From assembly GCA_047495785.1 (NCBI GenBank), contig JBLDXI010000015.1, positions 372,001 to 436,000 of the forward strand: a stretch of DNA of 64,000 bases, read 5' to 3'. The notes beneath the pieces were generated by a model. It saw nothing but the letters and a program-made list of their open reading frames with translations, was not told the DNA's origin and did no database searches. Numbering within the stretch: the first letter of the stretch is position 1; each line of letters starts with the position of its first letter. Shown here piece after piece: positions 38,602 through 51,534 of the stretch. Origin of the DNA: Lepidodermella squamata (lineage: Eukaryota > Animalia > Gastrotricha). Position numbers and translations under genes: made by a program.

Positions 38602-39303
38602 ATGTCTCTCTTCTTCCTATTTTGCTACTCCATGCTAGCAGCTTCAACGGAGGCTCAAGTCTACAGCCAGGGCATATTTCGCGGCAATGGAAATCTCGAC
38701 TACTACGCCAGAATTTCAGCCGACGATAACAACTCAAATCGCCGATGCCAAACAGACGCGGAATGTGGACCAAATATGCATTGTTCCTATCCTCTCTGCC
38801 TATGCAACGACGGCTTTCGAAGCAACGGTAGGGACGGCTGTGTATCTTCGAATACCGACGCTAACTGCCCAGCTGGTCGGAGGTCTTGCATTATGAACTC
38901 GGACTGTTATGCTACTGATGTTTGCGGGCTTGATAGGTGTTGTGAGACGCGGAGTGTGTCGACAACTACCTCTAACCCGATGAACCAGTTTTCAACAGCT
39001 AGGCCCATTGTTCAGACGAATTCGATGGTTAAATGTTTTGAAACTGGAAACTGCGGTGCGAATATGCATTGCCGAATGGGGACGTGTCGCTGTAACTCCG
39101 GTTATATACTTTCCGGTTCAATGGACTGTCAGATCGATCGAAGTCAGCTATGTGAGGTGCCCGGAGGGCGGCAATGCCGGGATAACAGTGATTGTCTCTA
39201 TGGTTACGCCTGTGACACAAGCGACCGCTGTTGCAAGAGATGGATGGCTAGATCGTGGACTATTCCAGATATTTTCATAACGAGAGGCCGATCCATTAAA
39301 TAA
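38602..39303 (+). CDS. Secreted Cys-rich EB/EGF-like repeat protein (233 aa, single exon), paralog of 35502-38109
   Basis: Signal peptide, QVYSQGIFRGNGNLDYYA mature N-terminus shared with the neighbour, two double modules, no hydrophobic tail. Confidence 0.82.
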   Translation: MSLFFLFCYSMLAASTEAQVYSQGIFRGNGNLDYYARISADDNNSNRRCQTDAECGPNMHCSYPLCLCNDGFRSNGRDGCVSSNTDANCPAGRRSCIMNSDCYATDVCGLDRCCETRSVSTTTSNPMNQFSTARPIVQTNSMVKCFETGNCGANMHCRMGTCRCNSGYILSGSMDCQIDRSQLCEVPGGRQCRDNSDCLYGYACDTSDRCCKRWMARSWTIPDIFITRGRSIK

Positions 39304-40690
39304 GTAATTGTGAGAGCTAATCGAAACGCCATTGTTATTCTGGATAATTGTGAGAGTTTATCTGAACGACATTCACATTACCTTGGTTACCGGTGTTCGC
39401 AACTTCTAATAATTCCTTAATATTTCACTTATTTGTGCCAATAAAGCCACGTGTTGAGGCGACTCATTTTAGCAACCCATGAGGCGGCTGCTCTCTGGGA
39501 CGTAACAAACATTAAACTATAAACTGACCAATATTTTACAACATGTGACTTTGATTTCATTAATATTCGATTCAGGCCGTTTTATCATGAGTTGATTTAC
39601 GAAAGACTGATTAACAAAAGTGTTGCAATGATTTGATTTGTAAATGATTTAGCCTCGGTGATGCACAGCTGATTTGGGTCTAGAGAATCGCCACTTCTAG
39701 AGAACATAATCACCTCTGGTCTGTGCTGAGTCTGGATTTAGATGGCCGCTATCCTGACTTATCCTGACAACAAGCAACTTCAGAATGTGCAAAAACCCAA
39801 AGGTTTAGCCTCGTACTCAACATTCTTGATGAGATTTTCTATTTCTTTTGATTTATATCGGTTTAGATGTTTTGATGAGATAAACAGAAATACTTGAAGG
39901 TTTCGAATTAATATGATTCATTTAAGAGTTTAACTCTATAAATAAAGTTAAATCAAGTCACTCATTTTGAAGCAAAGTTACAGTTTAACTGGTTCATGCC
40001 TTCAGATCGGTTTGAGGTTAAAAACTTCGAGGAAAAGTTACCAATTCTTCATCTAGATTGGGGAAAATATTGATCAATAAAATCCAATGTCCCATGACTC
40101 ATTCGGGAATTGTAAAGCTTCGCGCTTTATCTCTAACCCATTTTGCTCTCCAAGCTAATTAAGCTCTTAAAAAATTATTACAACAGATATGAATAATTAA
40201 TTGCACGATTTTGCGATCGATGAACCGCATCCAAGTACTCAGGCGGGAATAGGTGTGAGACTGCAGAACGGCCGACTCCATCCCTTGGTTCACCGCGAGA
40301 GAAACACCAGCCACCATGTCTTCTTACTGTTCCACCGGCGCATCGCGCAGCTCGCAAAATATGATTTAGTAATGAACCTTATACTGCATGCCAGGTTCCA
40401 GGTGAACACGAGCACGAAATAGCGGCGATCGAGAAAGGCAGGCGCTATTACTAACACCAGTACCAGCGGATATTCTAAAAAATACGCGGGATTGAACCTA
40501 GATTAATGGGCAGAACGAGTGTTCGTGAAATACAATAATTCGATGGTAACTATCGATTAGGGCGGTGTCTGTCCTAGTTCGCCCGCTCGGTAACTAGCGA
40601 AACATGAATCAATAATTCGCGAGTATATGTAGCAAATTAACTACGTCATAAAACAGTAATAAAACTATAACACTGAACTTGTCACTAAAC

Positions 40691-43600
40691 ATGAAGCAGT
40701 TGTGCATATTCTTCTTGTTCTTTCAATTGGCGTATGCGGGCGGTTACCATTACAACATCTACCCTGGGATGGGTTTTGTGCCAATTACAGCTGGCTACAA
40801 CCTCTCAATACAAATTGTCGGCAATTTGAGTTCAATAAAAAGCGCTACACACTGCATGGCATCCTGCAATACCAACGTTCTATGCAAATCCGGCCAATTT
40901 ACTCCGAGTGCTGAAGCTTGCCTACTCTGGACCTTCGGTGTACCTGGGTCACAAGTCGCCCAATTAGCTAACAATGCCTTGACGACTTCGTTCTCCATCA
41001 CGGCGCAGAGTAATATGGTGAAATCGCGCCAGTGCTCGGCGACGACTTGCGATATCACGTGGATTTGGGATGCAGTTCTGAAATCAGCTTGGACTGCGCC
41101 TCACTTGCTGCCGGGCGTAGCGAGCGATGAAATTGGAGATTACGACAATTCCTATGTCAGCGATAACGCTTATTCCGCGAGTTCTGTCTACCTATTGGAA
41201 TACATCCAGCAGGGTCGGCTCTACGCGCAGCACAATTACTATCATTCGTTTGCACGCAACGCCCCAGTCGGGTCCTGGCTTCGGATCGACCTTGAACGAT
41301 TCGTTTGGATGACCGAGTTTCAAGTACTTTGTAAAGGCTGCTTCCTCAGGGTCAAACTTGAGTACAGCTTTGACGGGGTGGACTTTTACCCACTAGATAA
41401 CGGCCATGGTGAACCAGCATTTCTAGATCCTGTCTCTCTGGTTCTCTCAGCTTTCACTCTATTCCGGCCAACGCTAACTAAGCACATCAGAATGTCAAGT
41501 GCTGTGGAAAACCGAACTGCGACCTACAGCACATATGGAAGATATGCGGTCAAAGGAAGCCCTGCCCAATGTTTCGATCCTCTTGGAATGGAGAGCCTGG
41601 AAATAGATGATACGCAGCTTTCGACCACCATCACCGGCCCGTACTACTCGAGACTGAATTGGGGCATGGCACTTCAGGCCAACACGCAGCCTCTCCAAAT
41701 CGATTTGAGGAAGCAAACAATTGTAACAGGCATTCAGCTGCAAGGATGTGAGCAACTGAACTCATGGGTCACGGTTTTTAGCCTTAGATACAAAGCTAGG
41801 CCGAGGGATGCCTGGACCGATGTTGTCGAAAACAGTGGCCGTAGTGATCTGAAAGGCAACGTTGACAGCACTCGGATCGCGACAGTCGTATTTCCGAAGC
41901 CAATCGTCGGCCAGTTGTTCCTGATCGAGCCGAGTGGCTTCTCGGGGTCGACTCGTTGTTTCAAGGTAGAGCTGCTAGGCTGCAGGACTGTGCCGAGATA
42001 TACTGCGAATCTCGCCTTCAGAGGCAACGTTGTAATAGCTGGTGCGCCTGAGACAGATACGTTGCTGGGTTTTCCGAACGCTTCAGTTATTACTGCAAGC
42101 CGGGTTATTCGGGAGAAGAGCTACATGAACTGCACAAAACTGAAAGCTGCGAATTTATTCTCTCGTCCTTGGTTGACGATCGATCTAGGCGTGAAACGGA
42201 CCATCACCTCAGTCGAGTTGACCACCTCGCAGATGGATCCTCAATTCTCGCTAGTTCCAGATGGTTACTGGCCTCTGGACCTACTTCACAGGGCTGATGA
42301 TTTGAGTGGAAATGGCAACAACGGGATTTATTCGAGCTCACTGAAATTTGGCAATGGTACCGATAATAGGTCTCTTTCCGCGCTCGAGTGGACAGGCTCC
42401 GGAAAGCTGCTGCTGCCGATGGACAACTTGGCAGTGGACAAGAACAATGGCTGGACGTATGCGGCTTGGGTCTGGCATACCAGCGGCGAGATTAATCTTG
42501 TCAACAGCAGCCAAGTGGAGTAAGAATAAAAATGATTCGCTTATTTTCACTTCGGATTTGTTAGGGAACTCTAGTTAGGAACAACCTCCAATTGCATAGC
42601 TTAGGACTTAGGAAGTGGTCGTTTTCTAGGCCATACACAGATAAAGTTAAAATTTAGACATTTGTATTCTGACTACTCTCGCAATTTTCCCTTTCCAAGT
42701 TGGCAACCGTGTTTACGCATTTGGATCGACGATGCGGGAAACGTCCAAGTTAACAAGGCCGAAGGCGTTTCCGGCACCAGGGCTTTTCCGTTTGCTACAA
42801 ATATGGGCCCTTTGAATCGAGTTGTAAAAAATCAATGGGTTCACGTCGCTGTTACGTTCAACTGCCGCTCGAGCGTCGCTCGCGTTTTCATCGACCGCAC
42901 TGAGCGTGGCATCGCCTGGATACCGTGCCAGCCAGCAACGGCCGTCAAAGTCAACGCCTACCTCGTGATTGGCGGCTCGTGGACCGGCAAGCTGGCGAAC
43001 ATTCAGATCTACAGACGGGCATTAGACAACGACGAGATCGAGCAAACGGCGCAGTCACGCTGGACGCGTGAGTTTTGCCGCGGTTGAGCGTAGTCTTCAA
43101 TAATTAATTACTTATAACAGCTCCGGTACCAACTGTCTTGTTCCCGTTGGCATGCTCGCTCGACGATCTGATCACGCCGAACGGCAATTTCTCGATCGCG
43201 GGAAGCCCGTTGTGCGAGAACTTTCTCAGCTACAGCAGAGCGTAATATTGATTTTAATCATTTTATTCGGTTTGTTCATGCTTAAGATTGTTGAACCCAG
43301 CAAACCAGCCTAATCTATAACGCGAGTGTTGATTGAAACTTTCAACCTCGTAAAATCTTGATCAAGTTGATCAGGTTAGCTTTCTACGATGCTGCAGAGG
43401 AAGGATGATCAATTTTCGAATCGAAGAAGTTAGCAATGCTAGAATCAAGGAATAACCATTATAGATACATGTATATGTAAGCGACTCTGAAACGGGGTCA
43501 CTCATAAACGGCCATAGACAAAATAGGCAACCAGGAAAGTACACTATGTATGAACGTGTTGAAACAGGTTGAAACGTGTTGAAGAAATCAAATAAAATCA

Positions 43601-46600
43601 AAGTCACCGGGCCCTCCTAGAAAAAACCCATCTGGTTTCTGGCGGAGTAATACCTTGGGCTATGATTCATGGTGTTTGATAGTACTTGCTAATGACTTAT
43701 ATATCATCAAACGGACAGATTAGAGTGATTGGTAAGCATGTTTTTAGTACAATCGCATATGGCTAGGTAGAGAAGTTCAAGTTGAAAATGATCCAATGGC
43801 AAATTAGGTGTTTACTTTTAGACCATTTGGATATTTGACTTCTCTGGGGTATTGTCTAGATTGTTTCTAAATCTTTTTTACTCGTTATGTTGTTTAGGGC
43901 ATGGAGACTGCCCAGCGAGGCCGATTATCTGTTCGCCACCAGCGCCTCAGTAAGAATGTCGAATCAATGGTCTACCAGCCTGTTAATCCACGTGAGACCT
44001 ACCAGCGCCAGCAGCGGTTGGTTGCTCGGTTGGATAGATACTGTGTCGGCCAGCAATTTCAGTGTTGGATTCAGCATAACTTCGTCCGGCTATCTCAGGT
44101 TGTCGTTATTATGCGCCGGCGGCAACAATCCGTTGAACCTAACATCTCGTGCGAAATTGTTAATCAACGAGTGGAACTACATCGGATACAGCTACTACTA
44201 CAACAACATACTTTACCTGGTTCACGAGGGTGAGTTCGTTGCGAGCACAACAGGAATCGGCGCTTGCTCTGGCGGTGGCTTAGCAACCAATAGAGCCATC
44301 TTCAGAATCGGCGGCCCTGGCTCTGTTCCTGCGAGCTACGCGTGTCTCATCTTCCACCCAGTAGGTTTGACTCGCAAATTCGTCTATTCGTCGAAACGAT
44401 GCCCGATTACTTCTACGAATGAAATGAAAGCTCGACTGGTAACACCATTTGACTTCAATAACGGACTGTCGACACTTGCTGACAACAACGACATATTCTA
44501 TATGAACGGCTCAGCAGACCGGTCGACGAATTTCCCATGGTCAACGGGCGATTCGAATGTCTACCGGTTCAAACCCTCAGCCATGAATTACCTGACGTCG
44601 ATTAGCTATCCGGTGACACACAAAATCGGTTTAAACCGATCAGCCCCTCTGCCCTCGTACACCATGGCTGTTCACGCCTATCTGATGTCTGACATCACAG
44701 CCGGGCGCATGCCGTTGATCCAACACGTCGACTCGAGCTTCAGCCCCACATTCTCGCTGCAGCTTCACAATGGCTCGGCGATTAATTACGAACTGAAGTG
44801 TGGCGGGGTGCAGACCGCTCGGGATCAAGGCGGCGTCACGCTCAACCGTTGGCAGCATCATCTGGTCACCGTCGACTTCACGCCGGGCTCGCATGTCATG
44901 ACTGGCTACCGAGACGGAGTGGCTGGTGCAAGCAAAACATTTTCTGATTGCATTCCTGATGATTCTACAAACTTCGTCATAGGAAGAGTAAGTTGTCAGA
45001 ACTTAATTTTTAAAAAGCTTATGAAAGATTGGATCACTTGTGCTTTTGGCCCTTATAATCCCCTTGGACCTTGACATGTTTGAACGAATTTTCAAAGTTT
45101 TTCAAATCCTTGAGGGGTATCGTACCCCCAGTTCGGCAGGCGAAAGTGGGAAAACCGCCAAAAACCACAGGGGCGATCCTTTGGTCTTAAAATTGGGGCC
45201 CGAAAATTGCCCATTTTTCGAGGATCCTACTTCGCGCACTGATATCAATCCTGAAACTTGAATCTCTATGGCTTATGATTATGAAAACTTGAATCTTCAA
45301 TTCAACCCTCAGAATGGATTGGCAGCTGAATATTTCAATGGCATGATGACTTGGCTGGTCATTTACCAAACTGCTGCAGATTCACTGCTAGCAATGGAGC
45401 TCGCCAATCAAATTCCCACGCCAAACATACGTAAGATACATTTGCTACTTGTAATCGGCGATAGAACTGTTTATAATTATCACAGTTGAGGGCCATGTTT
45501 GTGAATCGGATCTTACTATCACTTCGAGATGGAACTACAGCTCCAACTACTCATTGGCCTCGCCACCGTACGGCGTTTGCTCCGATGCGAATGACATACG
45601 CGGTTCGTTAGGTTGCAGTTGGACACCAGCTAACGCGTCTTCGTCTGAATTCTTAACTCTCGATTTCGGCGAGCAGAAAGTCGTCCATTCAATCGCAACA
45701 GCTGGCGATTCAACCAACAACTGCTTCGTCCGAACCTTTCGACTTTCCTATAGCAATAATGGCGTTACGTTTAAGGAGTTCCACGACCGTGCGAGAGGCT
45801 TATCGTCTACTAAAGTTGGTTTCTTGAATTCTGGTTAAAGCTTTTATATTTGTATCATAATACCTACTTAGATTTTCTCTGGAAATACTGATTCAACTTC
45901 GACGCAGTGGAACTTCATAAGGCCTCAGATTGTTGCCCGATTCCTGAGATTCATCCCTGACTCTTGGAGTGGCCACATCTGCCTTAGATGGCGGGTTCGC
46001 GGCTGTGCACGTAAGTTCTCAACGATTCTTGGCTTTGACCCATTGGACTCATTTGAATATTTTTCAAGATCAATTCTGCAACATTGAGCTTTTCGATAGT
46101 GATGCAGTTGGAAATGCTTCAAGTGCAACTAGTCCCAATAGTTTGAACAATACTGATATCGGCAATGCAGATTGGATCCCGTTGGCAACCGATCCCCAGC
46201 CTTATTTTCAAATCGCTTTCACACAGCTGAAAATCCTGAATATCGTCGCAGTTCAGTCGAGCGCGACTTTGGCCGCTTGGATTGAAAAGTACCATCTGAC
46301 GTCAAGATTGACTGGGTCTAGCTCTAGGTGGGTGGCTTATAACTCTGGGAATAACCCTCCGAGGATTCGCATTTTCGATGGGCCTTCGAGTGGCCCAAAT
46401 TCTGATCCCTTCATCAGCTACCTTAAACCGGCTCTAGTCGCAGCTGCAGTTCGATTGTACGTCGACAAGTTCACCCTGCAGCCGATCGGGAGGTTCAGCT
46501 TCAAGGGCTGTAACTACGTTGAGGTTCCCTACTCGATGTATGGCTTCAAGATCGGTGTATCAGATATAGTCCCTACAACGGCTAATATCGACTCGCTGAC

Positions 46601-47174
46601 GCCGTGCAATATTGGAGGCGGCTCTAATTTCAATCGACATATGCAATTTGATGCGAAAATCTCCGTTCCGTGTTACCCGCCAGTTTCAGCTCGATACATC
46701 TCAATCAGCCAAGACACACGCGGCGCGGATATGCAGTTGTGCAAGGTAGAAGCAACTTTCGAGCCGGGAGCGAATCTGGCATATTTGAAGCCGGTCACAT
46801 CGTCGGCCGCCCTTTCGTATTCCCAGGTTACCGATGGGTCATTTTTATCAGTAGTCAACACTGGGAGCTCGGCTAATTTCTGGGTCCAAATCGACCTCGG
46901 CCAGTCGCTTCTCGTGTCCAAAGTTGTGCCGGTGGCTTCGAGTAACGTAGATTATTCTGTGGCTATTAGCTATGAGCTAGTGGCCCGAGTCGGCGATTTG
47001 ACGAGCGCCACTGCTAATGCGATTTGCGACGTGTATCGAGCAAATGTCGTGCCGGTTTTGACAGCTAGCCAATCGATGCCCATGTACTGCACGCCACCAC
47101 TGAAGGGGCGATACGTCAGGATTGACAAATCTGGCGTGATGCCAGTCAATTTTGTTCAATTTCTTGTATATTAA
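40691..47174 (+). CDS. Secreted mosaic PAN/F5-8C/LamG/F-type-lectin protein, paralog C, intact (1699 aa; exons 40691-42519, 42700-43067, 43121-43241, 43898-44987, 45313-45430, 45486-45814, 45872-46010, 46069-47174)
   Basis: Signal peptide MKQLCIFFLFFQLAYA; exons sum to 5100 nt with compatible phases and no internal stop. Confidence 0.88.
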
Positions 47175-47569
47175 CGTGAATGGACTGTAACAGGTCACAG
47201 AGGTCACAGCAAACAATGCATACAAAGGAAACAAATTATGAATTGATATTAACCCCGTGAATCAGCAACATTTGACGATATATATCATCTTTTGTTTCTG
47301 ACCAATTGATGCAACTGTTTTAGTGTCAGCGTCTCGATTGTTTCTGCGCTGGTCTCCAAACGATTTCTGTGAAATAAATTAGCTGCAGATAAATTTTTTC
47401 AAAAATTTTATAAAAATCGCAATATTGCAGATCCTGAAGCCTCCAGATAAAGTACTGATGATAATTTTTTGCCTTAAATTTTTAATAAAATTAAATTTTT
47501 TTTAATAACTCAGTAACCATGATGAATTTTTGGAGCGGGTTTCACCAGTCGATAGATCTAGTCTGTTGT

Positions 47570-48109
47570 AAACTTTCCTAAAATCCTTGTTGAATTGGGA
47601 TACAATTTGAAAAATTGGTGACGAAAATGCTCCTTGTTATTTTTGGTGGAAAAGCTCATTTTTGAAAAAAGCTATTTTGCTTCCGATGTGACTTGTGGCA
47701 ATCATTTTTCTTGTCTCAGGGTTCAGATTTTGTCTAGAGGTGGTCCACTATTCATCCTAGTCGCCGATTTCCAAAAAAATCATCAATTGCACAACCCGAA
47801 ACATGCAGCTTTGTAAATTTGGTGCATTCCCCCAAAAATGTCAAAACCCATTTGGATCTCATTTCGTTATTCAGAAACGTTTCTGCCCGGTCCAAAGTGA
47901 AAGTCTCGGTTAACGGGGTGGTATTGACATCACTCCCTGCTAAGAATATGGTCCAATTCAGCTTTACTACAGGAAAATGACAAAAAACGCTGAAACCTGG
48001 AAAATAGCATTTTTCAAAAATAAACTTTTCCACCAAAAATAACAAGGAGCATTTTCGTCACCAATTTCTCAAATTTCATCCCAATTCAACGAGGATTTTA
48101 GGAACGTTT
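47570..48109. repeat. ~110-bp inverted repeat pair (47570-47679 / 48001-48109), probably part of a non-autonomous DNA transposon
   Basis: Arms are reverse complements (TTGGTGACGAAAATGCTCCTTGTTATTTTTGGTGGAAAAG); this explains the twin MLFLVEK ORFs on both strands. Confidence 0.7.
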
Positions 48110-49250
48110 GGGGCGTGTGGGAATTCAAAATTTAGAGGATGCAGGTGATCAAGTGAAGGACAGAAATTGGAGGCTGAAAATTTATAGTCTGGGTTGATGA
48201 ATCTGATCCCTCATCGTGGGATTTAACATATGTATTATTTTTCATCGATGGAAAATGATTTCGCCTATTGCTTTGACTAGGATCTTTCCTAGGATCCTAG
48301 AATCCTAGACTGGTCCTCCTCCGACACGCGCAATGCTTAACAAATCACTCCGCAGTGATTTTCTTTCTCAGCACGCCTGTTTTGCTGTTTTCTACTGCTG
48401 TGTTTACTGTTCTTTCAATCCCAAAAGTGCTGACGAATAGAGCCTCTTTGTTGGAGCTTTTACTTCATTCTCCTACATTTTAGGTTGCTGGAAAGGGAAC
48501 GAAACTAAGATATTAGGTTCAGAATCATTCTCAATTTTTGCATCAAATCAGGATCAGAGCGAATAGATTTGAGGGTTGAAATCAGTCATTGATGAAAATT
48601 CTAATTATAATTATCTGAATCATCAAGTCGAGTCGTAAGACTGAATTGTTTCCCCTGGAAACCAAGAATTCCGACTCTTGAGATGAATTATAACTGGGTC
48701 ATGAGACAAACACGAGGACTATAACGCGAACACATGAAATCTTATTTTTAAACATCGCAAAATGCCGTATCAGCGCAAGGTATAATGCGCGTTGCGGCCC
48801 AAAAACCTCAACAAAAGACACCTTACAAAGCCACGTATCGTTATGTGTTTTGTTATTGACAACAGCAACATTAATAGCAAAGCCCAAGGCCGGTTGCGTT
48901 TGAAAAAAATTCTCTACACACAAGCAACCAGCTAGCGCTGGGTTAACAAAGCCGCTACGAGCATGCAATAAAAAACCAACGCCACTTTCGTACTAGCCAA
49001 GCTCGCGGCCGTCAACTGAAACGCGACGAGCGTTGCAGCAGCTGAGTGCTGTCGCTACAGCCAATTTTCTCTTGACAGCGAGGCGAGAATGGCCGCTAAC
49101 AGCTCATTCAATTCATCGCATGTGGTCGTCATCATTTGGTACCAGCAGCAAAAGAAAGCTTTGGGTTTCTCCACAGGCACCTTAGTGCGTTCATCACTGT
49201 AAATTTGCTGTTGAGCAAACGTGCTCCCTCATCGTCACCTATTTAGGATC

Positions 49251-50794
49251 ATGTCTTCGCCTGTGTACAACGATTCGATGGCTAGCACCGACACCCCGCT
49301 GTCACTCATCATTCGGAAAGAGTACGTCGACAGTGTTCGCGATATCGCGCCGCCCAGTGCTCTGAGGCCTTTCGCCAATTTGATCAACCTGCTGACGCAA
49401 CTTGTCCGGCAATGCCTCGAAAACGCCCCGCCCGACCAGGTTCAGCATTTCCTACGGCTTTTTGACGACATTTCGGTGGAACTTAACAATTTAGCGACGA
49501 TTGATGTCCGAACGCCTGAAACGCCGGATTTACCGAGCACGTCGAGCCGGCTGTCTTCGCCTGGGCCTAGTTCGCAGCCGAGGCGTTCGGTTGAGCTGGT
49601 TGGCGGGAGGAAGAAGCTACGGCGGCATTTGGATAAGGATACTGGCGAGCACAGGCCGCACAACTGCGAGCAGTGTGGAGCAGCTTTCAAGAAGAAGGCC
49701 CATCTGAACCATCATTTGATACTGCACGAAGGTGCCAAGCCATTCAGCTGCGAACTCTGTGATCGGAAATTCGCCAGAAAAGCAAAGTAAGATTTATTCA
49801 CCAATAAATTCCGTCCCGTATCTAGTTTTAGCCCGTGACCCAATTTTTTTATTCCACGTTCAACACCTTGCCTTGGTTGGAACTAAGTTATGCCAGATTT
49901 GTTTTAATTTTGACTTTCGATTTTCATTTAGCTTAAGGCTGCTGAATTTCAAGTGAATTTAAAAAAATTCGGGGGAAGAAAGTTTTCTACAACCCTCCGC
50001 AGCATCGAGTGTAGCAAAAGTTTCAGCATGACGAAACGTTTATAGTTACAAGCATGCTTTAAGACTGTTTTCAAGGCTGATTTCGAACTGCCTCAATGCA
50101 TCAGGATAGCTTTGATAAAATACATTAGAAATACCTGAAAAGTCTCCACATAAAGAAAATATGGGCCTTACTCCTTACTCTTAGCGGAACCAAATTCGCC
50201 GAACTACCTAATTTAACCACTTTTCTAAACTGTCAAGGATGTCATGATTGATCAGCAAAATATAAAATAAATCTACATTGAATTCAACGTAAAATTCTGT
50301 ATAAGACGCATTATTCATTCGATAATTCATAAATTGCCTAATTTCGTGTAAATTTTCGAGAAGCGACCTTCGAGAAGAACATGCTGATTTGGCTCCGCTA
50401 CAGTCGAATTTTGTTCCGCTGGATGACATTCCATAAATAGAAGACACTATAAACCACAGGGGGACCCTTTGGTCATAAAATTGGGGCCCGAAAATACCCC
50501 CTCGTTTGAGGATCCTACTTCGCGCACTGCTCCTGAAAAATACTTACGCCTCCTGATCCTGAATCATAATGATCAATGGATTCATTTTCATAATTTTGCG
50601 AACCTTTTTTATTCTTTTGAAGCTTGATTTTTTAACCTTTCCACTTGTTTTTTCGCCATTTTAGTTTGGAACTCCACATGAACGTACACAATGGCACTTA
50701 CCGCTTCAAGTGTCCCTACTGCGACAAGCCGTTCCGCGTTGCGAATGTCATGCGACGACACATGAGTCTTCGACACGGCGTCAAAGCCGAATGA
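49251..50794 (+). CDS. C2H2 zinc-finger transcription factor, 3 fingers (exons 49251-49786, 50665-50794)
   Basis: CEQC..HLILH-EGAKPFS-CELC..; a phase-2 intron completes finger 2 (NLELHMNVH) and adds CPYC..HMSLRH; stop TGA; AATAAA at ~50876. Confidence 0.88.
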
Positions 50795-51534
50795 GTGATT
50801 CCACAAGAATTCGAACTGGAAAGTACCTATACATAACTTATACTACTGCTGTCTTTTGAAATGGGCTGAGATTTGAATAAAACAACCCACCCTTGTTTAC
50901 ATACATTTATGTTTACATCAAATAGCCAAATTTTGGTTCAACTCCGTCGGTTGAATACTCTAGATACAGTGGTGGGATTACTCATTTATAGCTGACGTTT
51001 CGACGCCGATCGATTCCCACACCGAAGAAATATAAGGAAACGGTATGACGTACGACAGAGCGTATAGCAATGCATTTCACGGCTTGCCATCATTTGCTTC
51101 TCTGAATTGCATCGAAAAGAAAAAAGAAAAATAGCTGCATATTATTTTCAGCCGATACATTTGCTCCTTTACCAAACAACAGTTGAATACGGTTTACCAC
51201 GATCACGTTGATACTTGATACGGTAACCAGGGTCACGAAAAAAGCAAATCATGTGACAGCGTACAGTAGTAACGTCACGGCTAGCCTTGATGATATAGAA
51301 AGCATGGAATAATTTCGGCAGGAATCCATCTGCCAATTATTTTTCTGCTCGCAAATTTGCGCCGCTATCGACCAGAAAAGTTCATTTTGCATCGGTTGGA
51401 TCTCGCATGCGTTGGCGTTATCTGAAATTCGTTGCAATCATGTCCATCACTCCCTCATTTATTGATCACTGGTCGCTGTACCCTTTAGCGAGCAGAGAAA
51501 CCGATATATTTCTTTTAAAATATTGCAAAATAAT

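Noticed and set aside
40200-40480. GC-richer segment upstream of paralog C with a hydrophobic minus-strand reading
   Set aside because: No start codon, internal stops and no recognisable family
47634-48045. Twin MLFLVEK ORFs on opposite strands, and the MKKCSKLY ORFs at 22654-23285
   Set aside because: Artefacts of inverted repeats
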